Source: a virus (taxonomy: Duplodnaviria > Caudoviricetes). From it: a DNA stretch of 47,555 nucleotides. Positions 1-8,969 of this stretch are shown piece by piece. Location: positions 1-47,555 of IMG/VR virus record IMGVR_UViG_3300010376_000051; one strand, written 5' to 3'. The notes beneath the pieces are model-generated. The model was given only the letters and a program-made list of their open reading frames with translations, searched no databases and was not told the origin of the DNA. Every line of letters begins with the position of its first letter. The stretch's first letter is position 1. A program made the translations under genes and the position numbers.

Positions 1-288
1 GCTGCTGTCCAGGACGAGATTGATACCACCTATGTGCTCAACGAGCACGGCGAGCCGGTGCTGGATGAGCGCGGCCGGCGGAAGCGGAAGTTCACTGCGC
101 GGTACATTGCCCAGCAGCTGGCGGACCCGGCGAACGCTGCCCTCAAGGTCGAAATGGCCAAGATCGCCGACGAGCGCGCCAAGCGTCTTGCCAAGGAGGC
201 CCGCGAGGCCAACAAGGCCGGTGCCAGCCCCCAGGGGCCTTCGCTGGCGAGCATGTTCGGCACCCCGGACGCCATCGCCGCCGAGTAG
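1..288 (+). CDS. Hypothetical protein, 5'-truncated
   Basis: Frame 1 is open from base 1 (AAVQDEIDTTYVLNEHG...) to TAG at 286-288, followed by a terminator. Confidence 0.75.
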   Translation, partial: AAVQDEIDTTYVLNEHGEPVLDERGRRKRKFTARYIAQQLADPANAALKVEMAKIADERAKRLAKEAREANKAGASPQGPSLASMFGTPDAIAAE

Positions 289-312
289 CGGAACGCTACT
301 CCAGAGCCTTCC

Positions 313-340
313 AGGGAGCCCGCTAGGGGCTCCCTTTTTT
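313..340 (+). terminator. Rho-independent terminator
   Basis: AGGGAGCCC-gctag-GGGCTCCCT stem followed by a T run, just after the stop at 288. Confidence 0.9.
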
Positions 341-355
341 ATGGATCTATCTGCC

Positions 356-452
356 ACCTAACCCCAGGGGGTTAGGTACGCGATCGGAACTCCCGGTCGA
401 TTTTTGCGACAATGTTCCGGTCGCACAAATCGGGAACATGCAGCATGTTCCC
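356..452. repeat. Cluster of four inverted repeats
   Basis: ACCTAACCCC-ag-GGGGTTAGGT (356-377); CGATCGG-aactc-CCGGTCG (381-399, one G-T pair); CGATTTtTGCGAC...GTCGCAcAAATCG (398-432); GGGAACATGC-a-GCATGTTCCC (432-452). Confidence 0.85.
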
Positions 453-469
453 CTCGCCACACTCCATGC

Positions 470-498
470 TTGCATCTCGCCGCGCCACCCGATATAAA
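470..498 (+). promoter_or_regulatory. Putative sigma70-type promoter
   Basis: TTGCAT (470-475), 17 nt spacer, TATAAA (493-498), upstream of ORF 579. Confidence 0.65.
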
Positions 499-578
499 AA
501 GGCCAACGACCATCCACACATACATCTGTGGACAACATGACTTCCCGCAACCAAAACCCCAACTGAGGACAGACCAGA

Positions 579-1133
579 ATGAAAACCCTTTTGACCGCCG
601 TATCGGCCCTGGCATTTCTCTCCGTCCCGGCCGTAGCCGACTCGATCCACGTCAAGGACCTCGGCGTCCCAGAGTGCGTGATGCCCAACCCCACGCCGTT
701 TTTCACTGACGGCAGCGGTCACTATGTAAACGTCCCAATGGGAACCCAATCGAAGCCCAATGGCGCCGTCATTGCCAAGGACGTGTACGCTTCCTGGCCA
801 GAATTGGCCGGCCACAGCCCCTATTCCGCCCTCGTTGGCGATATTCAAGCCACCTTCGCCTTTTCTGAACCCCAAGCCAGCATCAGCTTCGCTTGGGGAA
901 CAGTCGGAAACACGGACGAAGTCCGCTTTTTCCAAAACCACGGGCTGGGAACCGCCCGGACTCTAGTCGGTCGGATGTCCGGCGCCAAACTCCTCCAAAA
1001 TCTCCACATGGCCGGCACCCCGAACGTCTACGTCCGACTCACTCTGGACAACGCTACTTTCAACCGCGTCGAGTTCTCTAGCACCGGCTATTCATTCGAA
1101 TTCGGCAACATCAACGCAATGTGCGGAAAGTAA
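579..1133 (+). CDS. Secreted beta-rich protein resembling Npun_F0296-type surface domains, without a sorting tail
   Basis: GAGG RBS. Signal peptide MKTLLTAVSALAFLSVPAVA|D. Pattern FAWGT...VRFF...NVYV...FNRVEFSS...FEFGN. Family resemblance is from memory. Confidence 0.6.
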   Translation: MKTLLTAVSALAFLSVPAVADSIHVKDLGVPECVMPNPTPFFTDGSGHYVNVPMGTQSKPNGAVIAKDVYASWPELAGHSPYSALVGDIQATFAFSEPQASISFAWGTVGNTDEVRFFQNHGLGTARTLVGRMSGAKLLQNLHMAGTPNVYVRLTLDNATFNRVEFSSTGYSFEFGNINAMCGK

Positions 1134-1197
1134 GGCGAAACAGTAGGAGAGAGATATACCGCAAGGAAGGGGCCTACGCATCGTACGGGCCACCATA

Positions 1198-1389
1198 ATG
1201 GACGGCAGCACCAACGACATCATCACCACCACCGTGGCCGAGTTCTGCCGCCTCAGTGGGCTCAGCCGCTCCACGGTCTACGAACTGATCAGCGACGGTA
1301 CTATCGCCAGCATCATGCAAGGCCGGCGCCGGCTGATCGTCCTCGAAAGCTGGCGCCGCCATGTTGCTTCACAGTGTGAGGTATCATGA
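1198..1389 (+). CDS. Excisionase-like / HTH_17 DNA-binding protein
   Basis: TVAEFCRLSGLSRSTVYELISDG...GRRRLI is the typical Xis/AlpA winged-HTH pattern. Confidence 0.85.
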   Translation: MDGSTNDIITTTVAEFCRLSGLSRSTVYELISDGTIASIMQGRRRLIVLESWRRHVASQCEVS

Positions 1390-1634
1390 ACACCATTAGC
1401 TACGAAACCGAGGTTGCATTGCAGGACCTACGCCACCGCGTTCTTAGTGGGCAGCCGGTGACCGCTGCTGAGTACCGGGAGATCATCATGGACATCTCTC
1501 GGGACCGATCTGCGGCATCAGCCGCGGCGAGCAAGGGGAAGAAGGCGAAAGCCACAGCGAAGACAACCACAAAGGGCGTAGATCTGGTGGCGTTGCTCTC
1601 ACAGAAGTCGGGGGCAACAGATGGTCCACAATGA
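1386..1634 (+). CDS. Hypothetical protein
   Basis: GAGG RBS and ATGA overlap with the upstream gene. Confidence 0.75.
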   Translation: MNTISYETEVALQDLRHRVLSGQPVTAAEYREIIMDISRDRSAASAAASKGKKAKATAKTTTKGVDLVALLSQKSGATDGPQ

Positions 1635-1893
1635 GCTGAAAAACATCCCACTTACCTATGAAGAGTGGGCACTTATGCGGGTGTTGACGTACTTAGGCGG
1701 TTCGCTTTTACCGAAACTCGCCGCAGGTGATCTGACACGTGTTGCCGATCTTAGCGAAGCTGCCAACATAGCCTTGGCATCGGCGCCGCCAGAAATTTTA
1801 CCATCGCTATTGAAAAGACTTGAAGTCAACACGGATATTTCGGAACCAGCCTATCAGTTGTTACGTAGTTATGTCCTACGTCATGCCCACTGA
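1621..1893 (+). CDS. Hypothetical protein
   Basis: Fills the gap in the operon and overlaps both neighbours. Confidence 0.6.
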   Translation: MVHNELKNIPLTYEEWALMRVLTYLGGSLLPKLAAGDLTRVADLSEAANIALASAPPEILPSLLKRLEVNTDISEPAYQLLRSYVLRHAH

Positions 1894-2839
1894 AGCCACC
1901 TTCCCCGCTGTCATCGACAGCACTATGCGGTCCAGCTTTAACTTGTGTCCGCATCACTTCTTTCGGCGGTATTGCCAGGGACTGAAACATGAGAGTGTTA
2001 ATGCTCATTTGCATTTTGGCGGCTGTCTTGCTAAAGGGTTGGAGGTCACACGGCGGGCGTGGGTAGGTGGAGAGCCGCAGCACCTTGCGGTGTTGAAGGG
2101 TGTTGAGGCCGTTATAAAGCAGTGGGCCTATTTCGAGCCACCCACCAATCCGTCCCGCACCGAAGCGGTTAAGACACTGGATAGCTGCATCCTCGCTTTG
2201 AGCGACTACTTCCGGGAATGGCCGCTCGACAACGATCCCATTCGGATTGCCAGCTTCGCCGGCGAGCCTTGCATCGAGTTTCGAGCCGCGTTGCCCATTC
2301 CGGGGTGCTTCCACCCTGATACCGGTGAAGCCATCCTCTATGCGGGCCGCTTTGACACATGCAACACTTACGGCTCATCGTATTGGGGCCTGGACGACAA
2401 GACCACTGGTTCGGTGCCGTATTCATGGGCCGACCAATGGAAGCTACGCGGCCAACTGACTGGCTACGCATGGCTCGCCCACGCTTACGACATGCCCGTA
2501 ATCGGGATGTTGGTCCGCGGTATATGTCCGACCGTCAACGGTACGCGTCTTGTACCAACAGTCGAGGTGCCCCAACCACCGTGGAAAATCCAACGATGGC
2601 TTTCGCAATTGCAGGCTGACGTTTGGCGGATGTTGGCCTGTTGGAACGATTTCCAACATGGCAAGCCGCGGATGCTTTATGGTGAGATCAACGACCACAA
2701 TGCCTTCCCTCAGATCCTCGATAGCGGATGCTACTCCTACAACCGGCCGTGTGAGTTCATGTCGCTGTGCGACAGCCAGCACCCGGAACGATGGGAAGAC
2801 GAGTACCAAATCCAACGATGGGAGCCTCTAGTACTATGA
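1883..2839 (+). CDS. PD-(D/E)XK exonuclease, Cas4/AddB-like (start could be 1871)
   Basis: DSTMRSSFNLCP; HFG; GRFD...DDKTT catalytic motif; QLTGY. C-terminal C-x6-C-x5-C plus the N-terminal Cys fit an Fe-S staple. Confidence 0.85.
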   Translation: MPTEATFPAVIDSTMRSSFNLCPHHFFRRYCQGLKHESVNAHLHFGGCLAKGLEVTRRAWVGGEPQHLAVLKGVEAVIKQWAYFEPPTNPSRTEAVKTLDSCILALSDYFREWPLDNDPIRIASFAGEPCIEFRAALPIPGCFHPDTGEAILYAGRFDTCNTYGSSYWGLDDKTTGSVPYSWADQWKLRGQLTGYAWLAHAYDMPVIGMLVRGICPTVNGTRLVPTVEVPQPPWKIQRWLSQLQADVWRMLACWNDFQHGKPRMLYGEINDHNAFPQILDSGCYSYNRPCEFMSLCDSQHPERWEDEYQIQRWEPLVL

Positions 2840-4713
2840 CTATCTCACGTTTGAGCTTCTGCCTTGTGGTGGCGATGGTAGCATGTCTCACCGCGCCGGC
2901 ATCGGCTAGGGTCCTCGTAGCAGGGCTCTCCACGCTCGGTACGCTCCACACATCAAGTCTGTTCAAGTCGTCGGACACTCCTCAATTCATCGATAGCGGT
3001 GACAACGCAGCCACCGTGCGCGGCGTCCAGTTCGTACCGCTGGCCAATGGCAGCATCACCGCCTGCCGTTTCTACAAGGCATCGACAAACACTGGTTCGC
3101 ATGTTTGTACGCTGTGGAATTCGGCCGGTAGTCAGTTGGCTTCGGTCACGTTCAGCGGTGAGACCGCGAGCGGGTGGCAGCAGCAGAGCTTCACATCCCC
3201 GATCGCGGTGACCGCCGGTGTTCAATACGTCATCGGTGTATTCATGCCAGTCGGGCGCTATTCGCTAAACCAGCCCCCATTCCTCAGCCTGAACTATTGC
3301 AGCGATGTGGATAGTTCCATATACATCCCGACCACTGGCGCAACCACCAACGGCAACGGCAACGGCCTGTACGTTATGACGAGTACATCAACCACAATGC
3401 CTACGAATACATATCAGGGACAGAATTATTGGATCGATGTCGTGTACAAATACACGGCAGTGCCGCTGGCGTGTCCCAGCGGCATTCAACGGGTACACGA
3501 CTTCATCGCGAAGTTTGGTGTCAATACACAGATACAGCAGCAGGCTAACGCCAACTCAACGATCGCTGATTTCCAATATTTGGGTCTGACCAATGACCGC
3601 GATTTCATTGTCGTGGCTGGCACCCTGACTGCGCTGGAGGCAATGGCTGCGGCCGGCATTCGGATGCACTTGGAAGAGGATGGTCCCGACGACGGCGTTA
3701 CCGCAGCAGTACCCGCTGCAACCTTCTTAGGGTGGATGCAAACCATCAATTCAACGTACCCCAACACGCTAGTTGGGTTGAGCGGCCCCAATGAGATCGA
3801 CGTGACGCTCAGCAATTTCATCTACGGTGCCCAGAACAGCTATCCGGCTGCCGTGCAATTGCAGAAGGACATCTATAACGGGGTGAAGGGCGGCACCTAT
3901 TCGGCACTTACCAACGTCCCAGTGTCCATTCTACCGGTGGCGAGCCCTGGCAATGGGACGGTCGAGAGCAACATTGGCAATCTGACCGCGTTCTGCGACC
4001 TCGCCAACATGCACGACTACTACGCCAACGATAACAATACCGCCCTTATTGGTGGTGCCGGCACCGGTCCCATCTACACCATACTGCCGGGGTGGCAGAT
4101 CCCCGTTCACACTATGTGCAACCGAGTACCGTTCGTCACAACCGAGACCGGCTACTGCACCGGCGGTGGGTCGTGTGGCAGCTTCAGCAATGTCAACGCG
4201 GACGTTCAGGCGAAGATGATCCTATCGGATTACTTCGACCATGCGATGGTATCGAATTGCATTGCTGTCTATCCGTTCGCGATGTTGGACGGGGCTGGTA
4301 ATGCCAATTGGGGCCTGTTCGACGGCACGAACACGGCCAAGGAAGCAGCGACCGCAATTCACAACCTCACGACCATCTTGGCGGATGGTTCTGCCAACGC
4401 CACGACATTCACACCGGGGAACGTGACATATTCCCTGTCGGGGATGCCAACGAACAGCAACAACATCGTTGTAGCGTTCGGCAATGGACAGTTCGGCATC
4501 ATCTTGTGGAACGAAACCCCGATTTGGAACTCTAGCACCCAACAACAAATCACAATATCGTCAAGCTCGGTGACATTGACCCTGCCCGCAGGGTCATCGG
4601 GTAGTGTGTACAATCCAATCTCGGGTACGAGTGCGATTTCAACATTTACGTCGACGAGTTCGGTGGCGTTGTCGCTGAACGATGCTCCGCTAATCGTCAT
4701 CTTCACTCCTTAG
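2836..4713 (+). CDS. Secreted DUF4082-domain plus clan GH-A-like glycoside hydrolase
   Basis: ATGA coupling at 2836. Signal peptide MTISRLSFCLVVAMVACLTAPASA|R. DUF4082 motifs RFYK...TLW...SGETASGWQ...NYWIDVVY. GH-A motifs GPNE (acid/base), HDY, TETGY (nucleophile), WGLFD. Confidence 0.75.
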   Translation: MTISRLSFCLVVAMVACLTAPASARVLVAGLSTLGTLHTSSLFKSSDTPQFIDSGDNAATVRGVQFVPLANGSITACRFYKASTNTGSHVCTLWNSAGSQLASVTFSGETASGWQQQSFTSPIAVTAGVQYVIGVFMPVGRYSLNQPPFLSLNYCSDVDSSIYIPTTGATTNGNGNGLYVMTSTSTTMPTNTYQGQNYWIDVVYKYTAVPLACPSGIQRVHDFIAKFGVNTQIQQQANANSTIADFQYLGLTNDRDFIVVAGTLTALEAMAAAGIRMHLEEDGPDDGVTAAVPAATFLGWMQTINSTYPNTLVGLSGPNEIDVTLSNFIYGAQNSYPAAVQLQKDIYNGVKGGTYSALTNVPVSILPVASPGNGTVESNIGNLTAFCDLANMHDYYANDNNTALIGGAGTGPIYTILPGWQIPVHTMCNRVPFVTTETGYCTGGGSCGSFSNVNADVQAKMILSDYFDHAMVSNCIAVYPFAMLDGAGNANWGLFDGTNTAKEAATAIHNLTTILADGSANATTFTPGNVTYSLSGMPTNSNNIVVAFGNGQFGIILWNETPIWNSSTQQQITISSSSVTLTLPAGSSGSVYNPISGTSAISTFTSTSSVALSLNDAPLIVIFTP

Positions 4714-4725
4714 CGGAGCTTAGAC

Positions 4726-5574
4726 GTGAAGATCAACGTCCTCTTGGAGGGTCAAATCCACACGGGCAAAACCACCGCGCTGCGGACGCTGCTGCCGGTG
4801 TGGATCGACAACAACAAGATGGAGCACCGTGGTGCTGGGCTTTCGACATTTGTTGTGTCGTTGGACCCTGGCATTGATGCGTCGCTGGGGCCTAATCTGT
4901 GTGATGGTGGTGCAACCGTTCGCAGCTTGGTTGCTCCAATCCACTACCACTACATCCCCCAACGGCCGATGGACAGTGAGGCAGCCAAAGCGTGGGCTGC
5001 GCGGGCGCACAACATGACCACCGACAATCTGATCAAGTTCCAAGACCCTGATCGCAACAAATACACCCAATTCCTGGATCTGTACGAGTTGATCGATGAC
5101 TTGGTCTGCGCGGGGTGCGCACAGCACTTCGGGTCCATCTTCAAGTTGGGACCGGAATGGGCGATCGCGTTGGACGGCTGCACCGGGCTAACCAACATTG
5201 CTCGCACCAATCATGTCGGCAGTCGCCCGGCACTGTCGCTTCCTGAATACGGGACGATCATGGGTAGTATCGAGACATTCATGGATCTGTGGTGGGGCAA
5301 CACCTTGTGCTCGGCAGTGTTGATCGCGCATGTCGAACGAGAGAATGACCCCCTGACAGGGTTGAGCTATATCACAACCTCAACTATCGGGCAGAAATTG
5401 GCCCCGAGGCTAGACAAAAAGCCTGACGATGTGATCTTGACCGAGAGGATCATTGACCAAAAGGGAGTGAAATACGTATGGAACACAGCCGAGAAGGGAA
5501 TGACCCTGAAGAGCCGACACCTGCCGCTGAGAAACGATTTACCGGCAGATTTTTCCCAAATGTTCAAGACCTAA
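4726..5574 (+). CDS. AAA_24 / Sak4-like P-loop ATPase
   Basis: Walker A GQIHTGKT, Walker B IALDG, LIAHVE motif. Lies between the nuclease and SSB-like genes. GGAG RBS and GTG start. Confidence 0.8.
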   Translation: MKINVLLEGQIHTGKTTALRTLLPVWIDNNKMEHRGAGLSTFVVSLDPGIDASLGPNLCDGGATVRSLVAPIHYHYIPQRPMDSEAAKAWAARAHNMTTDNLIKFQDPDRNKYTQFLDLYELIDDLVCAGCAQHFGSIFKLGPEWAIALDGCTGLTNIARTNHVGSRPALSLPEYGTIMGSIETFMDLWWGNTLCSAVLIAHVERENDPLTGLSYITTSTIGQKLAPRLDKKPDDVILTERIIDQKGVKYVWNTAEKGMTLKSRHLPLRNDLPADFSQMFKT

Positions 5575-5689
5575 TAAAATACCACCAAGAATACGAGTGG
5601 TGTAGGGCGCCGTTGGTGATCTGCATATGGGATGCCATCACCCTAGACATGATGGCCCAGGAATACCGCAACAAAGAGGAGTACTACGA

Positions 5690-5848
5690 ATGCCCAGATG
5701 GAAGATGACGATCAAAACCGACGCAGAAGAGGAGGTGTGGGAAGAGGACGAGATCGCAGATTTCCAGGCGATCGTGGAAGTGGGGCCGGCATGGACCGAT
5801 CCCGGCTACATGATCACTATCGAGTACCAACGTGGAGACGATGAATGA
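5690..5848 (+). CDS. Small acidic hypothetical protein (52 aa)
   Basis: GAGGAG RBS before ATG 5690; ATGA overlap with the next gene. Confidence 0.6.
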   Translation: MPRWKMTIKTDAEEEVWEEDEIADFQAIVEVGPAWTDPGYMITIEYQRGDDE

Positions 5849-6351
5849 GTATGTTTGACGACGACACCTTTCTCGGGACAAAACACTCCGAGGAGATCGA
5901 CACCAAATTCTACTTATGCCCGGAGGGCGACTATCTCGGCCAATGTATCGAGTTGCGAGCACGAGATGGTGTCAGCGATAAAGTTCCTGTCACATGGGCC
6001 AACCTGGACCTGATATGGGAGATCAAAGACGATAACGTCAAGACGCAACTCAACATGGACAAGGTTGTGGTCGCGCAGCAGATGTTCGTGGACTTGATCC
6101 TCGACAGCAATGGTGCAATTGCACTTCCAGTACGCCCTGATTGGGGCATGAACAAGAACCGTGATCTCAAGCGCGCCATCGACGCAACCGGGGTGAAGAA
6201 GACCAACTTCTCGATCAACGATCTGAAGTTTCAAACAGCTTGGTTGAAGATCAAACATGAGGTTGATAAGAAAGGAGCAACCAACGCTGACGGGACCCCG
6301 GTCAAATACGTCCGCGTTGCCGGGGTGGCGCCAGTAAATAGCCGTCGTTAG
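5845..6351 (+). CDS. Putative phage SSB-like protein
   Basis: PEGDYLGQC...W.I.D...V.Q..F.D beta pattern. Position next to a Sak4-like ATPase is typical. Confidence 0.6.
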   Translation: MSMFDDDTFLGTKHSEEIDTKFYLCPEGDYLGQCIELRARDGVSDKVPVTWANLDLIWEIKDDNVKTQLNMDKVVVAQQMFVDLILDSNGAIALPVRPDWGMNKNRDLKRAIDATGVKKTNFSINDLKFQTAWLKIKHEVDKKGATNADGTPVKYVRVAGVAPVNSRR

Positions 6352-6576
6352 GTGAGCGCAAAAAGTGGCGGGGTGGTATTGCCACCCCGTCATTGCTTCT
6401 GCGGAAGCAAGCACTACGCCCACGGGGTTTGCCACAAACACTACCAACGATGGTGGAGAGGGAGAGGACGATGGAGGATGGCGATGGATCGGTGGGCAGA
6501 GACAGGCATACTTCGCGTTCCCAACCGCGTACCCGACCGCGTACGTACCAACACATCGCAACACTCTACACTCTAG
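6352..6576 (+). CDS. Zn-finger protein resembling the N-terminal module of HNH endonucleases, nuclease domain absent
   Basis: CFCGSKHYAHGVCHKHYQRWWRG pattern; no HNH core follows. Confidence 0.5.
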   Translation: MSAKSGGVVLPPRHCFCGSKHYAHGVCHKHYQRWWRGRGRWRMAMDRWAETGILRVPNRVPDRVRTNTSQHSTL

Positions 6577-6698
6577 AGGGCGAAGTGTACCAATACGAAG
6601 TGATGGAGCACGCGCTAGTGTGGCAAATGAGCTACACCAGAACCACCACATGCCCGATGGCTGTGTGGGCTGATCACGGGTGGTGGGAGCAACGATGA
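6471..6698 (+). CDS. Hypothetical protein
   Basis: GGAGAGG RBS and ATGA coupling to the polymerase start. Overlaps the previous ORF. Confidence 0.45.
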   Translation: MEDGDGSVGRDRHTSRSQPRTRPRTYQHIATLYTLEGEVYQYEVMEHALVWQMSYTRTTTCPMAVWADHGWWEQR

Positions 6699-8404
6699 CC
6701 CGATGGATTGAACAGGGCTCGCCCACCGCGAAGTTGTGGCTGGTGGGTGAGGCCCCCGGCGAGAACGAGGTTGCGCGGGGCATCCCCTTCATTGGCGCCT
6801 CTGGTGCCATCCTGGATGGCTGCCTCCATGAAGCCGGCATCGAGCGCCGCGACTGTTACCTTACCAACATCTGTCACGAGCGCCCCCCATCATATATCAA
6901 CGCGAAGGGAGCAACAATCCACAATGACATCGAACAGTTCTTCGCCACTGCCCGCGACGCCCGACGAGACGGGATACCTCTCATTAATAATCGATACCCG
7001 CTCGGACCTGTCCGAGCAGGATTGGACCGACTTAATCAACAAATTCATCAGTTTGCGCCCACTGTTATTGCCGCCCTTGGAGGCACCCCCTTATGGGCTA
7101 CCACTGGTCAAAGTGGAATTACCAAGTGGCGTGGTAGCATATTTCAGGTGGACCCGGCTACTGCCATCGTAGCTGCTCCGCATCCTGCCGACTGCTTGCA
7201 AAACCGGTCGCCCCAACATCGGCCCCTGCTGGTGCATGACCTCGCGCGAGCGCGACGCGTTTTGGCCGATCCGTCACTAGCGACACCCCCGCAATGGGAC
7301 TTCTACACAGCCGAAACTATCACAGAATTGCGGGATGCACTGGATGAACTTCGTTATGGAACCAATCCCATAACATGTGATATCGAGACGTGGTTGGGCC
7401 AAATCCATTGTTTGGGACTGGCCGCGTCTGAGGTGCGAGCGATCTGCATTCCTTTCATCCGAGCCAACGGGGAAAGCTGGTGGTCGCCAGATGATGAACT
7501 AGAGATCATCCTAGCGCTGAGAGAAATCCTCACCCATCGCGCAATCACATTCCACAATGGCATCTACGACTGCCAATACATCGCGAAGCAGTGGGGTTTC
7601 CTCCCGTTACATAGCGACGACACGATGGTGATGCAACATGTGGCATTCCCCGGCTTCCTCGGCGGCAAAATCGACCCTGTTACCGGAAGGGTTGATAAGC
7701 GAGGTAGCAGCCTGTCTCTCTCATTTGTCGCATCTTTATACTGTAAGCACTACCGTTTTTGGAAGGATGACGGCCGGCTTTGGGACCCTACACTTCACGA
7801 TGAGCAACGATACTTCCATTACAACTGTGAGGATTGTTGTCGAACCTGGGAAGTCGCCGCGGCTCTGCGACGTATCTTGGTCCGAGACAAGTTGTGGGAC
7901 CAGTACCGGTTCGTGATGCGGACGCTGGCGCCTGTCTACAAGATGATGTTTGCGGGGTTTAATGTGGACGCGGAGAAAATGCGTGGCATGTACGCCGAGT
8001 GCGAAGTTGAGATGGATCGTGATCGCCGATGGCTATCAATCGCGACAGCGATTGAGGGGTTCAACCCTGAGAGCAACCCCCAAATGAAGGCCCTTTTCTA
8101 TAAGGATCTACAACAAAAACCAATCTACAAGGGCAAAGGACCCGAAAAGACGCAGACGTGTGATGATGCTGCCCTGGACAAAATCGCCCGCCGGACACCG
8201 CTGCTACGCCCGCTCACCGAACGCATCCAACACTACCGCTCAATGGAAACAGTCCGCAAGGACTGCAACGTGCGGATGTTGTCCGAAGATGGTCGGCTAC
8301 GGGGCACCATGAACCCCGCCTACGTCGAGACGTTCCGCTTCAGCAGCAACGAAACCGCCTTTGGCGAGGGCACAAACCTTCAGAACTTCAAGAGGCCGGG
8401 ATGA
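6695..8404 (+). CDS. DNA polymerase A, N-terminal part: family-4 UDG-like domain, 3'-5' exonuclease and thumb region
   Basis: UDG motifs LVGEAPG, PFIGASG, HPA. ExoI CDIET, ExoII FHNGIYD, ExoIII YNCED. Ends at TFRFSS...GTNLQNFKRPG-stop, before motif A. Confidence 0.9.
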   Translation: MTRWIEQGSPTAKLWLVGEAPGENEVARGIPFIGASGAILDGCLHEAGIERRDCYLTNICHERPPSYINAKGATIHNDIEQFFATARDARRDGIPLINNRYPLGPVRAGLDRLNQQIHQFAPTVIAALGGTPLWATTGQSGITKWRGSIFQVDPATAIVAAPHPADCLQNRSPQHRPLLVHDLARARRVLADPSLATPPQWDFYTAETITELRDALDELRYGTNPITCDIETWLGQIHCLGLAASEVRAICIPFIRANGESWWSPDDELEIILALREILTHRAITFHNGIYDCQYIAKQWGFLPLHSDDTMVMQHVAFPGFLGGKIDPVTGRVDKRGSSLSLSFVASLYCKHYRFWKDDGRLWDPTLHDEQRYFHYNCEDCCRTWEVAAALRRILVRDKLWDQYRFVMRTLAPVYKMMFAGFNVDAEKMRGMYAECEVEMDRDRRWLSIATAIEGFNPESNPQMKALFYKDLQQKPIYKGKGPEKTQTCDDAALDKIARRTPLLRPLTERIQHYRSMETVRKDCNVRMLSEDGRLRGTMNPAYVETFRFSSNETAFGEGTNLQNFKRPG

Positions 8405-8967
8405 AACTCATCGGAATTTGTGGCTACGCGGGCAGTGGCAAGAGCACGCTGGCTGAACAACTGGCCATCCGATATGGCTACGTGAGGACCAGCTTCGCCA
8501 CCCCACTGAAGGAGATGCTTTACACGCTATGTCCACGAACTGACATGGACCGTAAAGATGTGCCGACATCATACCTGTGTGGAAAGACACCCCGCGAAGC
8601 ACTCCAGTTCCTTGGAACTGAATGGGGCCGCTATATGATCGGCGAAGATCTGTGGGTCGATCAGTGGCAACATCGCATCGGTCACCAGCGGAGCGATGGT
8701 GCGTGGGAGTGGGGATATCACAAGGTTGTCGTTGACGATGTCCGCTTTCCGAACGAACTCAATCGCATCCACTCATTGGGCGGGAGTATCGTTTTAGTAG
8801 AAGGTGCGAACAGAAAGAGTGACCATTCAAGTGAGAACGTGCCACTACATGGTTGGGAGCATCCCGATCACTACGCTCATCGCTTCGCGATCACAGTCGT
8901 TGAAAACACCTTCGACACGCCGCAGCAATTGATGCTGGACGTGCTCGCGGCGGGGCTGGTGCCCTAG
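8401..8967 (+). CDS. Deoxynucleoside monophosphate kinase (T4 gp1 / T5 dNK family)
   Basis: IGICGYAGSGKST, FATPLKEM, PREALQFLGTEWGR, DDVRFPNE. ATGA overlap with the polymerase N-part stop. Confidence 0.92.
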   Translation: MKLIGICGYAGSGKSTLAEQLAIRYGYVRTSFATPLKEMLYTLCPRTDMDRKDVPTSYLCGKTPREALQFLGTEWGRYMIGEDLWVDQWQHRIGHQRSDGAWEWGYHKVVVDDVRFPNELNRIHSLGGSIVLVEGANRKSDHSSENVPLHGWEHPDHYAHRFAITVVENTFDTPQQLMLDVLAAGLVP

Positions 8968-8969
8968 CT

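Noticed and set aside
1198-1389. Excisionase as proof of a temperate lifestyle or prophage boundary
   Set aside because: No integrase, att site or host flank in the window; such HTH genes also occur in lytic phages.
2767-2835. Longer N-terminus for the glycoside hydrolase as given in the ORF track (likewise starts 6680, 10037, 16181, 21079, 24128)
   Set aside because: Downstream ATGs have RBS or stop-start coupling and, for the exported proteins, put the signal peptide at the N-terminus.
1883-2839. Cas4 as evidence of a CRISPR-Cas locus
   Set aside because: No repeat-spacer array or other cas genes; Cas4-like nucleases are common in phage recombination modules.
8399-8969. T4 gene 60-style ribosomal bypass joining the polymerase halves (GGA-TGA at 8399-8404; in-frame GGA at 8937)
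   Set aside because: The hop would exceed 500 nt across an intact coupled gene, no take-off hairpin is evident, and a matching GGA is expected by chance. Not formally excluded.
8401-8969. Self-splicing intron or intein in the polymerase
   Set aside because: The insert is entirely kinase coding sequence in a different frame, with no non-coding core and no intein terminal residues.
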